The notes under the pieces were generated by a model. The model was not told the DNA's origin. It saw nothing but the letters and a program-made list of their open reading frames with translations, and did not search any database. From the NCBI GenBank assembly GCA_030390025.1, contig CM059431.1:115384001-115448000 (forward strand): DNA of 64,000 nt, given 5' to 3'. Of the stretch, positions 1-11,849 are shown one piece after another (position 1 is the stretch's first letter; the number at the start of each line of letters is the position of its first letter). This DNA comes from Squalus acanthias (lineage: Eukaryota). The translations under genes were made by a program, and so were the position numbers.

Positions 1-239
1 CATTTATCTCAAGATAGAACAAAACCCCCGCCTAGAACTTCGGGCATGTAGAAGTAGCAGCAGAAGTGGAATAGGAAATGAGGAGAAAAGTGATGGTGGC
101 AAGAAGACCTGCAGGAAAGAGAGCTTCAAACTTCACGGATGCTTAAATGGAGGCCCTCTTGCAGTTGAGGAGCTGGCACCAGCACAAGCTGAATGGGCTG
201 AATTGCCTCCTGTTGTGCTGTAATTTCTGTGATTCTCTT

Positions 240-424
240 GGGGTGAAATTCAACTTCGGCGAGGGATACAAAACGGGCAGTACTGCACCGGCCTCCGGTT
301 ATACACCAGGCCTGATTTACTTTTCCATTGAAGTCAATGGAAAGGAAAATCGAGTGTGGTGGATAACGGGTGGCCGATCCGTCACCGCCTATTCTGCGCC
401 TCCACTGTAGTCGAATTTTACCCC
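240..424. mobile_element. Palindromic MITE (Harbinger-type termini)
   Basis: Left GGGGTGAAATTCAAC vs reverse complement of right end GGGGTAAAATTCGAC; central palindrome TTTTCCATTGAAGTCAATGGAAAG; imperfect hairpin along its length. Confidence 0.7.
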
Positions 425-428
425 TCGT

Positions 429-528
429 GGCTCAATTCCTCACTCCACTATTTCAGTGGAGGTGTTAAAGTGTTTAAAATGAAAGGATTAACGCCTCAGT
501 TAAAATAGCGGAGAGAAGAATTTGATAC
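429..528. repeat. Short hairpin/MITE remnant
   Basis: ~40-bp imperfect inverted arms at 429-468 and 488-528. Confidence 0.5.
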
Positions 529-1701
529 AATTACATGAAGCGGTCATTGCGTAACATTGCAGCAGTAATTCCCGGCCTAGTAGAATTTAACATGGTACTG
601 GCGCCTCTGGAGCTCCGAGACCATTAAAGGTGGAAGTAATGCGGCAATAACAGAACTGCTTCTCGTCTCTCGGTGCAGGCTATCTGGAATTTTTATGACT
701 GAAAAATATATACTTTCACCACGCGCGTTGTCCATTCTCCTGCTACTGGGACTGATAAAACATACCCCTGTGGGCAGAGTTGTGCCAATAATGACAGCAG
801 AATCATCTGGCACTTCCTCCTGCCTCAATTCATTTGGAGCCCTTCGAGATGTTATCACTGCAGTACTTCAGCTTTCATAAATAACATCCCATTTACAAGG
901 GCAAGTCAACACGGCTCTGTTCCAGAGTAACTGGAAATGATTCCAGGTTTCCCTTTAGCTCACTTCTACCATTTATGTGGGAACAAAGTCAAAGTCTGTG
1001 TCTTTAACCTGCTGTCAAAAAAGGTTTCTACTGATATTACCCCGGTTGAAAAAGTAAACCAAAAGGTGAGTATGCATATTTAAGCTTTGAATCTGTCAAA
1101 AGATTCATCTTTAGTTCTATTGCATTACAACTGTTCTTGCCTTAAAGCCCAAAGTTCGCAATTAATCTCAAGTTTTCTTTCTTTTACCAATTAAGAAAGA
1201 GCTATTCTGAACCTTGCTGTGGAGATAAGCTGGTGGTGTTATGCATCAGTATTTGTGATAATTTATGCCACACCAGTGACAGATACCACATTTTTACAAT
1301 TATCGATATACTGTACACCATGAGTTTAAGTCAGATTTCCTCTGTGCATTAGAGGTAGTGGGCATAAATGTTATTGGCCAGTAATTTTTCTATGTTATTG
1401 TCAGCACCTCAATGAGTCACTTTTTTCCCTTTCTTGAAATTACTCATTAAGGCCTGCATTAATGTACAGACCTGGCATGGAAAAGTTCTATGCTTGTCAA
1501 GTCCCTTTTAATGGCTAATTAACAGGAAGCGTGCTAATTTGATCAGGATTTATTTCATTTGCACAGCACATTCACTTCCTCCAATTGAAACTGGAGTAAA
1601 GGCATTGGCGGAAGCTGGCAAAGTTTAAGGGATGAGCAGAGCATGGGATATCTCATGAAAATATTAAAAGAGGTGCCTTTCATTAAACAAAGCAACACAA
1701 A

Positions 1702-2158
1702 GAAAGACTTGCATTTATATAGCGCCTTTCATGATCACTGGATATCTCAAAGCACTTTACAGTCACTAAAGTACTTTTGAAGTGGAGTCATAGTTGCAAT
1801 GTGGGAAACGCGGCAGCCAATTTGCGCACAGCAAAGTCCCGCAAACAGCAATGTGATAATGACCAGATAATCTGATTTTTTGTTTGAGAGAGAAGTATTG
1901 GCCAGGACACTGGGGATAACTCCCCTGCTCTTCTTCAAAATAGTGCCATGGGATCTTTTACATCCACCTGAGAGAGCAGACAGGGCCTCGGTTTAACATC
2001 TCATCCGAAAGATGGCACCTCTGACAGTGCAGCACTCCCTCAGCACTGCACTGGAGTGTCAGCCCAGCTTTATGTGTTCAAGTCCCTGGAGTGAGATTTA
2101 GAACCCACCATCTTCTGACTCAGAGGCAAGTGTGCTACCAAATGAGCCACAGCCGACA
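1702..2158 (-). mobile_element. tRNA-derived DeuSINE (SacSINE1-like), full length
   Basis: Head TGTCGGCTGTGGCTCA.. with A/B-box-like motifs; Deu-domain-like core GAGGTGCCATCTTTCGGATGAGATGTTAAACCGAGG..AAAGATCCCATGGCAC; tail GGCGCTATATAAATGCAAGTC; several copies in the window. Confidence 0.8.
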
Positions 2159-2169
2159 TATATGCAGGA

Positions 2170-5100
2170 TCAAGTCTGTCATAGGACAGTAGAGAGAAAG
2201 GATCTCGGCTCGGAAGGTCAGGAAGTAAAATAAGATAAGGAATAACAAGGGGCAGGAAACACTGGTGGGTGTAGTATACAGGCCCCCTAACAGTAGCTAT
2301 ACTGTTGGACAGAATATGAATCAAGAAATAGTAGAAGCTTGTAACAAAGGCAATGCAATAATCGTGGGGGACTTTAATCTTCATATAGACTGGACAAATC
2401 AAATTGGTAAACGGTGGCATAGTGGTTAGCACTGGTGTCTCACAGCGCCAGGGACCCGGGTTCGAATCTGACCTCGGGTGACTGTCTGTGTGGAGTTTGC
2501 ACATTCTCCCCGTGTCTGCGTGGGTTTCCTCCGGGTGCTCCGGTTTCCTCCCACAGTCCAAAAATGTGTGGGTTAGGTTGATTTGGCTATGATAAATTGA
2601 CCCTTAGTGTTAGGGGGGGATTAAATATGTGGGGTGATGGGATATGTTAGGGGGAATTAAATACGTGGGGTTACGGGGGTAGGGTGGGATATGTGTACTG
2701 TGGGGATTACAGCAGGGACAGGGTACTGGATTTGGATGATCAGCCATGATCGTATTGAATGGTGGAGCAGGCTCGACGGGCTGAATGGCCTACTCCTGCT
2801 CCTAGATTCTATGTTTCTATGTTTCTATGTCTTGAGGACGAGTTCATGGAATGCATTTGGGACATTTCCTTGAACAATACCTCATGGAACCAACCAGGGA
2901 ACAGGCTATTTTAGATCTTGTATTGTGTAGTGAGACAGGGCTAATTAGTAATCTCATAGTAAAGGATCCTCTGGGGCAGAGTGATCATAATATGATAGAA
3001 TTTCACATTAAGTTTGAGAGTGACTAGTCTTAAACTTAAATAAAGCCAATTACATAGGTATGAGGGGCGAGTTGGCTAAGGTAGATTGGAAAAATAGATT
3101 AAAAGCTATGGCGGTAGATAAGGAGTGGCTAGCATTTAAAGAAATATTTCATAATTCTCAACAAAAATACATTCCATTGAGAAACAAAAACTCCACAGGA
3201 AAAGTGATCCATCTGTGGCTAACTAAAGAAGTTAAGGGGAGCATTAGATTGAAAGAAGAAGCTTATGATGTTGCGAAGAATAGTAGTATGCCTGAGGATT
3301 GGGAGAGTTTCAGAAACCAGCAAAGGATGACCAAAAAATTGATAAAAAGGGAAAAAAATAGAATGAGAGAAAACTAGCAAGAAATATAAAAACAGATTTT
3401 AAGAGCTTCTACAAGTATGTAAAAAGGAAGAGAGTAGCAAAAGTAAATATTGGTCCCTTAGAGACTGAGACAGTAGAAATTATTATGGGGAATAAGGAAA
3501 TGGCAGAAGCGTTAAACAAATATTTTGTATCTGTCTTCACAGTAGAAGACACAAAAATCATACTAAAAATGGTGGGGAACCAAGGGTCTAATGAGGTGGA
3601 GGAACTTAACGTAATTAATATAAGTAGAGAAAAGGGACTAGATAAACTAATGGAACTAAAAGCCGACAAATCCCCTGGACCTGACGGCCTACATCCTAGG
3701 GTTCTAAAAGAGGTGGCTACAGAGATAGTGGATGCATTGGTTTTGATCTTCCAAAATTCCCTAGATTTTAGAATGGTCCCAACGGATTGGAAGGTAACAA
3801 ATGTAACCCCACTATTCAAGAAATGAGGGAGAGAGAAAACAGGGAACTATAGGCCAGTTAGCCTGACATCAGTCGTCGGGAAAATGCTGGAATCCATTCT
3901 TAAGATAGTGGTATCAGGGCACTTAGAAAATCATAACATGATTAGGCAGAGTCAACATGGTGTTATGAAAGGGAAATCTTGTTTGACAAATTCATTAGAG
4001 ATTTTTGAGGATGTAACTAGCAGTATAGATAAAGGGGAACCAGTGGATGTATTTTATTTGGATTTCCAAAAGGCATTCGATAAGGTGCCACATACAAGGT
4101 TATTTCACAAGATAAGGGCTCATGGGGTTGGGGGTAATATAATAGCATGGATTGAAGATTGGTTAATTGACAGAAAACAGAGAGGAGGGATAAATGGGTC
4201 TTTTTCAGGTTGGCAGGCTGTAACTAGTGGGGTGCTGCAAGGATCAGTGCTGGGGCCTCAGCTATTTACAATCTATATTAATGACCTAGATGAAGGGACA
4301 GAGTGTAATGTATCCAAGTTTGCTGACGATACAAAGCTAGGTGGGACAGTAAGCTGTGAGGAGAATACAAAGAGTCTGCAAAGGGATATAGATAGACTAA
4401 GTGAGTGGGCAGTAAGGTGGCAGGCAGAGTATAATGTTCGGAAATGTGAGGTTACTCACTTTGGTAGGAAGAATAGAAAAACAGAATCTTTTTTAAATGG
4501 TGAGAAACTTTTAATTGTTGGTGTTCAGAGAGATTTGGCTGTCCTTGTGCAAGAAACACAAAGCTAGCATGCAGGTACAGCAAGCAATAAGGAAGGCCTT
4601 TATTGCAAGGGGATTGGAGTATAAGAGTAAGGAAGTCTTGCTACAATTTTACAGGGCCTTGGTGAGACCACACCTGGAGTACTATGCACAGTTTTGCTCT
4701 CCTTATCTAAGGAAGGATATACTTGCCTTGGAGGTGGTGCAATGATGGTTCACTAGATTGATTCCTGGGATGAGAGGGCTGTCCTATGATGAGAGATTGT
4801 GTAGAATGGGCCTATACTCTCTGGAGTTTAGAAGAATGAGAGGTGATCTCATTGAAACATACAAGGTTCTGAAAGGGATTGACAGGGTAGATGCTGAGAG
4901 GTTGTTTCCCCTGGCTGGAGTGTCTAGACCGAGGGAGCATAGTCTCAGGATAAGGGGTAGGCCATTTAAGAACGAGATGACGAGGAATTTCTTCACTCAG
5001 AGAGTTGTGAATCTTTGGAATTCTCTGCCCCAGAGGGCTGTGGATGCTGAGTCTTTGAGTATATTCAAGGCTGAGATAGATAGATTTTTGGACTCATGGG

Positions 5101-5238
5101 GAATCAAGGGGTATGGAGGTCGGGCGAGAAAGTGGATTTGAGGTCAATGATCAGCCATGATCTTATTGAATGGCGGAGCAGGATCGAGGGGCCATATGGC
5201 CTACCCCTGCTCCTATTTCTTATGTTCTTATGTTCCTA
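2170..5238 (+). mobile_element. CR1 LINE (family A), 5'-truncated, decayed ORF2 (APE + RT)
   Basis: ORF pieces with [58 protein letters not shown]; stops and frameshifts; 3' tail (TTCTTATG)n. Confidence 0.92.
2412..2830 (+). mobile_element. HE1/V-SINE-like SINE inserted in CR1
   Basis: tRNA-like head GGTGGCATAGTGGTTAGC..GGGTTCGAATC; V-domain-like core TGTGGAGTTTGCACATTCTCCCCGTGTCTGCGTGGGTTTCCTCCGGGTGCTCCGG; 3' tail matching the CR1 family A 3' end. Confidence 0.88.
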
Positions 5239-5556
5239 TTCCTCGACAGTTGGGAGAGGAGGAGCAAGGATGGCAGAAGAGGACATTCTAGGAGATTCAA
5301 GGACCTAGGTGGTGGACCATTATGACTCATTACTACACAATCCAGTGTAAGCGCTTGCAGCTCTGCAAACAATAGTGGCCCCGATATTAACGGGGAGCTG
5401 GAGAGGGTGCAGAGGAGGCCTAAATCACCCAAAGAACACAGCAAGGCAGGAAACGTGGAGGCCTTGCCGACACTCTCCCGACCATTAGGGGGGGTCGGCG
5501 GGTGGTGGAGGGTATTAAAATAAAAGCCTGTGTGTCTGTCAGGTAAAAAAGAAAAA

Positions 5557-5695
5557 GGAATTTGCATTAATATAGCACCTTTCATACCCACAAGATGTCC
5601 CAAAGCGCTTTAAAGCTAGATGAGGTACTTTTGAATTGTAGTTACTGTTGTTATGTACAGTTTGCACACAGCAAATACCTTAAGCAGAAATGAGA
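5557..5695 (-). mobile_element. DeuSINE 3' fragment (continues at ~8400-8438, split by a LINE)
   Basis: Matches tail of the 1702-2158 SINE; the next colinear part (AATGATCAGATAATCTGTTTTAG) reappears after the LINE. Confidence 0.65.
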
Positions 5696-5704
5696 TTTTT
5701 TTTT

Positions 5705-8398
5705 GTTTATGGGATGTGGGCATCGCCTGGCAAGGCCAGCCTTTATTACCCATCCCTAGTTGCCCTTGAGAAGGTGGTGGTGGGCTGCCTTCTTGAACCG
5801 CTGCAGTTCGTGTGGTGAAGGTACTCCTACAGTACTGTTAGGTAGGGAGTTCCAGGATTTTGACCCAGCGACGATGAAGGATCGGCGATATACTTCTAAG
5901 TCAGGATGGTGTGTGACTTGGAGGGGAACTTGGAGGTGGTCGTGTTCCCATGCACCTGATGCCCTTGTCCTTCTAGGTGGAAGAGGTCGCAGGTTTGGGA
6001 GGTGCTGCCGAAGAAGCCTTGGCAAGTTGCTGCAGTGCATCTTGTAGATGGTACACATTGCAGCCACGATACGCCGGTGGTGGAGGGAGTAAAAGTTTAA
6101 GGTGGTGGATGGGGTGCCAATCAAGCGGGCTGCTTTGTCCTGGATGGTGTCGAGCTTTTTGAGTGTTGTTGGAGCTGCACTCATCCAGGCAAGGGGAGAG
6201 TATTCCATCACACTCCTTACTTGTGCCTTGTAGATGGTGGAAAGGCTTTGGGGAGTCGGGAGGTGAGACACTCGCCCCTCAATACCTAGCCCCTGAGCTG
6301 CGCTTGTTGCCACAGTATTTATGTGGCTGATCCAGTTAAGTTTCTGGTTAATGGTGACCCCCAGGATGTTGATAGTGGGGGATTCGGCGATGGTAATGCC
6401 GTTGAATGTCAAGGGGCGGTGGTTGGACTCTCGTTTGTTGGAGATAGTCATTGCCTGGCACTTCTATGGCGCGAATGTTACCTGCCACTTATCAGCCCAA
6501 GCCTGAACATCGTCCAGGTCCTGCTGCATGCGGGCATGGACAGCCTCCTTATCTGAGGAGTTGTGAATGGCACTAAACACTGTGCAGTCATCAGCGAACA
6601 TCCCCATTTCTGACCTTATGTTGGAGGGAAGGTCATTGATGAAGCAGCTGAAGATGGTTGGGCCCAGGACACTGCCCTGAGGAACTCCTGCAGCGATGTC
6701 CTGGGGCTGTGATGATTGACCTTCAACCACCATAACCATCTTCCTTTGTGCTAGGTATGACTCCAGCCAGTGGAGCGTTTTCCCCGATTCCCATTGACTT
6801 CAGTTTTACTAGGGCTCCTTGATGCCAGACTCGGTCAAATGCTGCCTTGATGTCAAGGGCAGTCACTCTCACCTCACCTCTGGAATTCAGCTTCTTTGTC
6901 CATATTTGGACCAAGGCTGTAATGAGGTTGGGAGCCGAGTGGTCTTGGCAGAACCCAAACTGGGCATCAGTGAGCATGTTATTGTTGAGTAAGTGTCGCT
7001 TGATAGCACTGTCGATGACACTTTCCATCACTTTGCCGATGATTGACAGTAGACTGATGGGGCGGTAATTGGTCAGGTTGTATTTGTCCTGCTTTTTGTG
7101 GACAGGACATACCGATGCAGTTTTCCACATTGTCGGATAGATGCCAGTGTTGTTGCTGTACTGGAACAGCTTGGCTAGAGGCGCAGCTAGTTCTGGAGCA
7201 CAAGTCTTCAGCACGATAGCCGGGATGTTGTCAGGGCGCATTGCCTTTGCTGTATCCAGTGCGCTCAGCCATTTCTTGATATCACGTGGAGTGAATCGAA
7301 ATGGCTGAAGACTGGCTTCTGTGATGTTGGGGACCTCAGGAGGAGGCCAATATGGATCATCCACTCGGCACTTCTGGCTGAAGATGGTTGCAAACGCTTC
7401 AGCCTTGTCTTTTGAACTCACGTGCTGGGCTGCACCATCATTGAGGATGAGGATATTCATGGAGCCTCCTCCTCCTGTTAGTTGTTTAATGGTCCACCAC
7501 CATTCACGACTGGATGTGGCAGGACTGCAGAGCTTTGATCTGATCCGTTGATTGTGGGATCGCTTAGCCCTGACTATAGCATGCTGCTTCCGCTTTTTAG
7601 CATGCATGTAGTCCTGTGCTGCAGTTTCCCCAGGTTGGCACCTCATTTTTAGGTATGCCTGGTGCTGCTCCTGGCATGCTCTTCTACACTCCTCATTGAA
7701 TCATGGTTGGTCCGCTGGCTTGATGGTAATGGTAGAGTGAGGGATATGCCGGGCCATGAGGTTACAGATTGTGGTGGAATACAATTCTGCTGCTGCTGAT
7801 GGCCCACAGTGCCTCATGGATGCCCAGTTTTGAGCTGCTAGATCTGTTTTGAATCTATCCCATTTAGTATGGTTGTAGTGCCACACAACGCGATGGAGGC
7901 TGTCCTTAGGGTGAAGACAGGACTTTGTCTCCACAATGACTGTGCGGTGGTCACTGCTACCAATACTGTCATGGACAGATGCATCTGCAACAGGTAGATT
8001 GGTGATGATGAGGTCAAGTAGGTTTTTTCCTTGTGTTGTTTCTCTCACCACCTGTCGCAGGCCCAGACTGGCAGTTATGTCCTTCAGGACTCGACCAGCT
8101 CGGTCAGTAGTGTTGCTACAAAGCCACTCTTGGTGATGGACATTGAAGTCCCCCACCCAGAGTACATTCTGTGCCCTTGCTACTCTCAGTGCTTCTTCCA
8201 AGTGGTGTTCAACATGGAGGAGTACTGATTCATCAGCTGAGGGAGGGCGGTAGGTGGTAATCAGCAGGAGGTTTCCTTGCCCATGCTTGACCTGAAACCA
8301 TGAGACTTCATGGGGTCCGGAGTCAATGTTGAGGACTCCCAGGGCCACTCCTTCCCGACTGTATACCAGTGTGCCGCCACCCCTGGTGGGTCTGTCCT
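5705..8398 (-). mobile_element. CR1-group LINE family B, decayed APE-RT ORF
   Basis: WVGDFNVHH, SSDHRTV (APE); YRPISLLS, QFGF, DIKAAFDRVWH, GVPQGSVLGP, MFADD, YKAQVRSVMEY (RT); frameshifted. Confidence 0.9.
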
Positions 8399-8479
8399 AT
8401 AATGATCAGATAATCTGTTTTAGTGATGTTGGTTGAGGTACAGTTCACCAGGGATACAAACAATGGCCGATGTCATCCC

Positions 8480-9150
8480 CGGAGACAGACTTGCAGGTAA
8501 AGAGCAATTTCTGCAATGACACTGCCAGTGGAAGTGAAAGTGACCACTTAACCAACCTTCTACTCCACTGGGTCATTCAAGGCACCACTGGGTCATTCAA
8601 TGCAGGGGTCAGCTATTGCAAAGTTCACCACTACATGACAGTGGTAATGATGTCCTATTATGTCTCGTATCTGCAGACATAAACTTCAGCAATGGATGCA
8701 ACAGCAGTTGGAGAGACATCCATTTTATGAATTGGATGGCATTCGTAGGGTATGAGGCACCATCGATTGGATGTTCATGTCTTGTCACCATTTATGGACT
8801 TGTAGGCAATATCCTCCATTTTGTTAACAGAAAGAGTTACTCCTGAGTTAATGTCCAGATAATCTGTGATGCCAGAAAAATATTATGCAAAAGAATTTGT
8901 TGTTTTCCATGAAGCACACATCTTGATGTAATCAAACATGCCTGAATTAACTGAAGGCAAAACGGACTGCTCCTGAAAGATATGTTTACCTGCTCACAAT
9001 GTGGCTGATGACTTATGCGTGAATACCTCATGACCCTCAAGAAAGAGCCTGCAATCAGGCACATATCGTTGTAAAAATTTAGACAAAAAATGATCATAAA
9101 CAGAGGATACTTGCCACTTTGCTATCACAGAAATACATCATTTTCTAGCA
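8480..9150 (+). pseudogene. Highly decayed Harbinger transposase
   Basis: In-order motif remnants LPVEVKVTT, FYSTGSF, FVNRKSYS, VNVQIICD, WLMT colinear with the intact transposase at 62733. Confidence 0.7.
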
Positions 9151-9289
9151 CTACCAACATGTTCTGATAATGTTGATGCCACAGTTATTGCATCCAGCAA
9201 ATTTGCATCGATTTCAATTAGTGTAGGAGGTTCTTTAACTAATAATTTGACCAATTTTTAACTATTAGCAAACCATTAGCAAATCCTAA

Positions 9290-9640
9290 AGGTGCTCCTC
9301 CAATTGCCCAATGGGGAAAGGCACCACCCAGTGTAGCACAATGGCATACAGACCAAAAGACCAAGGTTTGAATGCCGGTCTGTGGCATGTTAGCTGGTTT
9401 TAGATGAGGCAGCAGTTGGGGTGTTGCAATTGGCATTAGTGCCCCTGAGCTAGGTAGGGGAAAAAATCAGCCAAGGATTCCACCTTAGACCAGTATCCAG
9501 TGACGCTTGAGAGTTGGATGATTGGGTCAGGCTACGATGCTCTCCATGACAAAATTGCTTCTTGAAACTCACTGTTGAACATAAAGAATGCCACTTGGAT
9601 GAGGTACCAGAGGCTTGCCAGTCCAAGCAACTGTACCCCA
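9290..9640 (+). mobile_element. Old SINE, AmnSINE2-like
   Basis: GTTAGCTG..CAATTGGCATTAGTGCCCCTGAGCTAGG..AAAATCAGCCA..TATCCAGTGAC; related minus-strand pieces at ~42430-42610, ~39790-39970, ~41620-41800; family name is from recall only. Confidence 0.5.
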
Positions 9641-10979
9641 GCCAGAAATTTGGCCATGCAGCATCTGTTTTTCGGCCTCCTAATCCTCTAATATGGTGGG
9701 CAGGAAGCGTACACACATTTCCGACCAGAAGTGCGTTGCCCGTCATATTGGATAAGGCGTTTGGAGCCCACGTCGAGAACATTTAAAGGAGGAAATAATT
9801 TAGTCAAATTTAGGTTCCTGAGCGTCTTGCAGGACCCATTTCTGATTTTCGATTGCCTTAGTGCTTCACTCACCTTGTGCTGCAGCACAACGTGGCACTA
9901 ACAGGCAGGAAAGCCCCCATACTTACCTGAATGTGAAGCCGGAGTGGTCCTCCCATTGCCACATTAAAGGAACACGGGCCACTTCACCCCCGCTTTCCTA
10001 CTGACACTTCCCGGCCACCAGTCGACCCACCTTCCCCCTGCCGGGTCTGCTAACGATCCTCCCTGAATCAGCTACCAGTCCCGCGACCCGGCTACCAATT
10101 CCCCCGCCCCCCCCCCCCCCCCGCCAACCGAGGTCCAATCTCGCCCCTCTGACTTCAAAACTTCCCCGAGGTCTGATCTTTCCCCCTCCCGACACCAATC
10201 CCTCCCTGAGGTCCGATCTCTCCCCGCCAACTTCCTATCCTTCCCTGAGGCCCAATCTATCCGCCCCCCCCAGCTTTTGATCTCCCTCCCAGGCCTCCGT
10301 TTCTCCCCCCACTCCCCCCACCCATCCTTAACTTACACGAGGGTCTCTGCGACACTGGCAGCGGCCCGTTGTTGGTTCACTCATCACCAAGGGGCTCCTC
10401 CTTGTCACTGAACTTCTTGTGGCAGCGTGAAAGAGTGCCAGTGCCCCCTCACCAGGGATGGCATGAGTGACATTTCTGTAGCTTTGCTGCCATTGACACC
10501 TGTCTATGTCACCTGATGTCAATTTCCTCGAGGAGGGCTTGCAGACCAGAGTCTATGAAGTTAGACATCTTCTGCTGTACCTGTGTGCCACGTCTTTCTG
10601 CTTTATTTGGCTGCATGCGCCACCTGCTCCTATAGGAGGCATTCTTAAAAAGTTGGAAAGGAAGAAAGAAAGGAAAGAAAGAAAGACAGACAGACCTGAA
10701 TGTCCCCCCAGTCTGCTGCTTCAGTGTTCAGCCAGAACTCTTTTTAAAGGCTGGACCCTTATTTCCATGCACCCCAGCAGATTATAGCATGTTACGGAGG
10801 ATTTACACTAAGCACTACTCCAATGGATATACAAATGTGCTGAACCAGGAAACCCTTGTGCAAATAGCTTTCCAGTCCACTGGCAGCTCTTTTCATTACC
10901 GTAAAAGTGGTGCAACCCACCTCGTGGGAATTCACCGCAATGCTTTTAAGCTGCAGGGGAAGCAATGTGGTAAAAGCCA

Positions 10980-11127
10980 TGGGGATAGAATTTCCACACG
11001 TGTTCCCTGATCGCACACCGCAACTTTGGCAGAAGATCAGTGGAAACCGCTGGGGAATGTCATTTACCCCATTCCCTTGCAGTTTACGATGAGAAGATTG
11101 GGGCTACCTCGTGGAAATTTGACCTCT
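10980..11127. mobile_element. Small MITE
   Basis: GGGGATAGAATTTCCAC ... GTGGAAATTTGACCTC imperfect TIRs; shorter relative at ~32903-32978. Confidence 0.5.
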
Positions 11128-11849
11128 GGTCTCAGTCTTGGCCTCCTCAACCTTATACCCTGAGAGAGCACAATACAGCTCAATACTCATCATCACACAT
11201 GAGAAGAGACACAATCAAGATTGAAATATAAAGCAATACATAAAACAATAGATCATTAGTGCAGCAATAGTTTGTGTTCCACTCCTACGGCTACATATGG
11301 ATAAATGCATATTTGTACTCTCAGGGGTTCAAATACAAAAACAAACACAAGAGTAGATCAAGGCCATTGCTGTCACAATCCTTAAAGATAAAAACTAGTG
11401 AAAAAGTCCCAGTTGTAACCATTGCAGATCTTGGGACTAGAATAAAGGAGAAACTTCCAGCCAATGAAAGTCTTGCCAAACCCAAGTACTCCCCAAAGGA
11501 AGTCCCACTCCACTCATTAAACACCTTCACAGCATCCTTTCCTTGACATGAAACTTTCCTTGATGCTTAGAAGAGGACAGACTTCCGTCTCATTTGTGTC
11601 CTATAAATTAACTGTATGATGTTCTTTGGCGAGAATGTTTTCCTTTTGCTGTGCAGCCAGATAGAGAAAATTTCCATTTGTAGAATTGAGTTAGGGAAGG
11701 AAAAATTCATACCAGTGAACACAATCCTACACCCACATGTAGAATCTCTGCTAAACAGACAAGATGGCTTAGATTTTTTGATTGGTGTGATCCCACGCAG
11801 TAGTATGGTAGAGTGCCTGACATCGTTAGTCCTGACTCCATTGTGATTT

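Noticed and set aside
2412..2475. tRNA genes (also 28161, 35008, 44832)
   Set aside because: A/B boxes run directly into SINE bodies and no complete cloverleaf is evident
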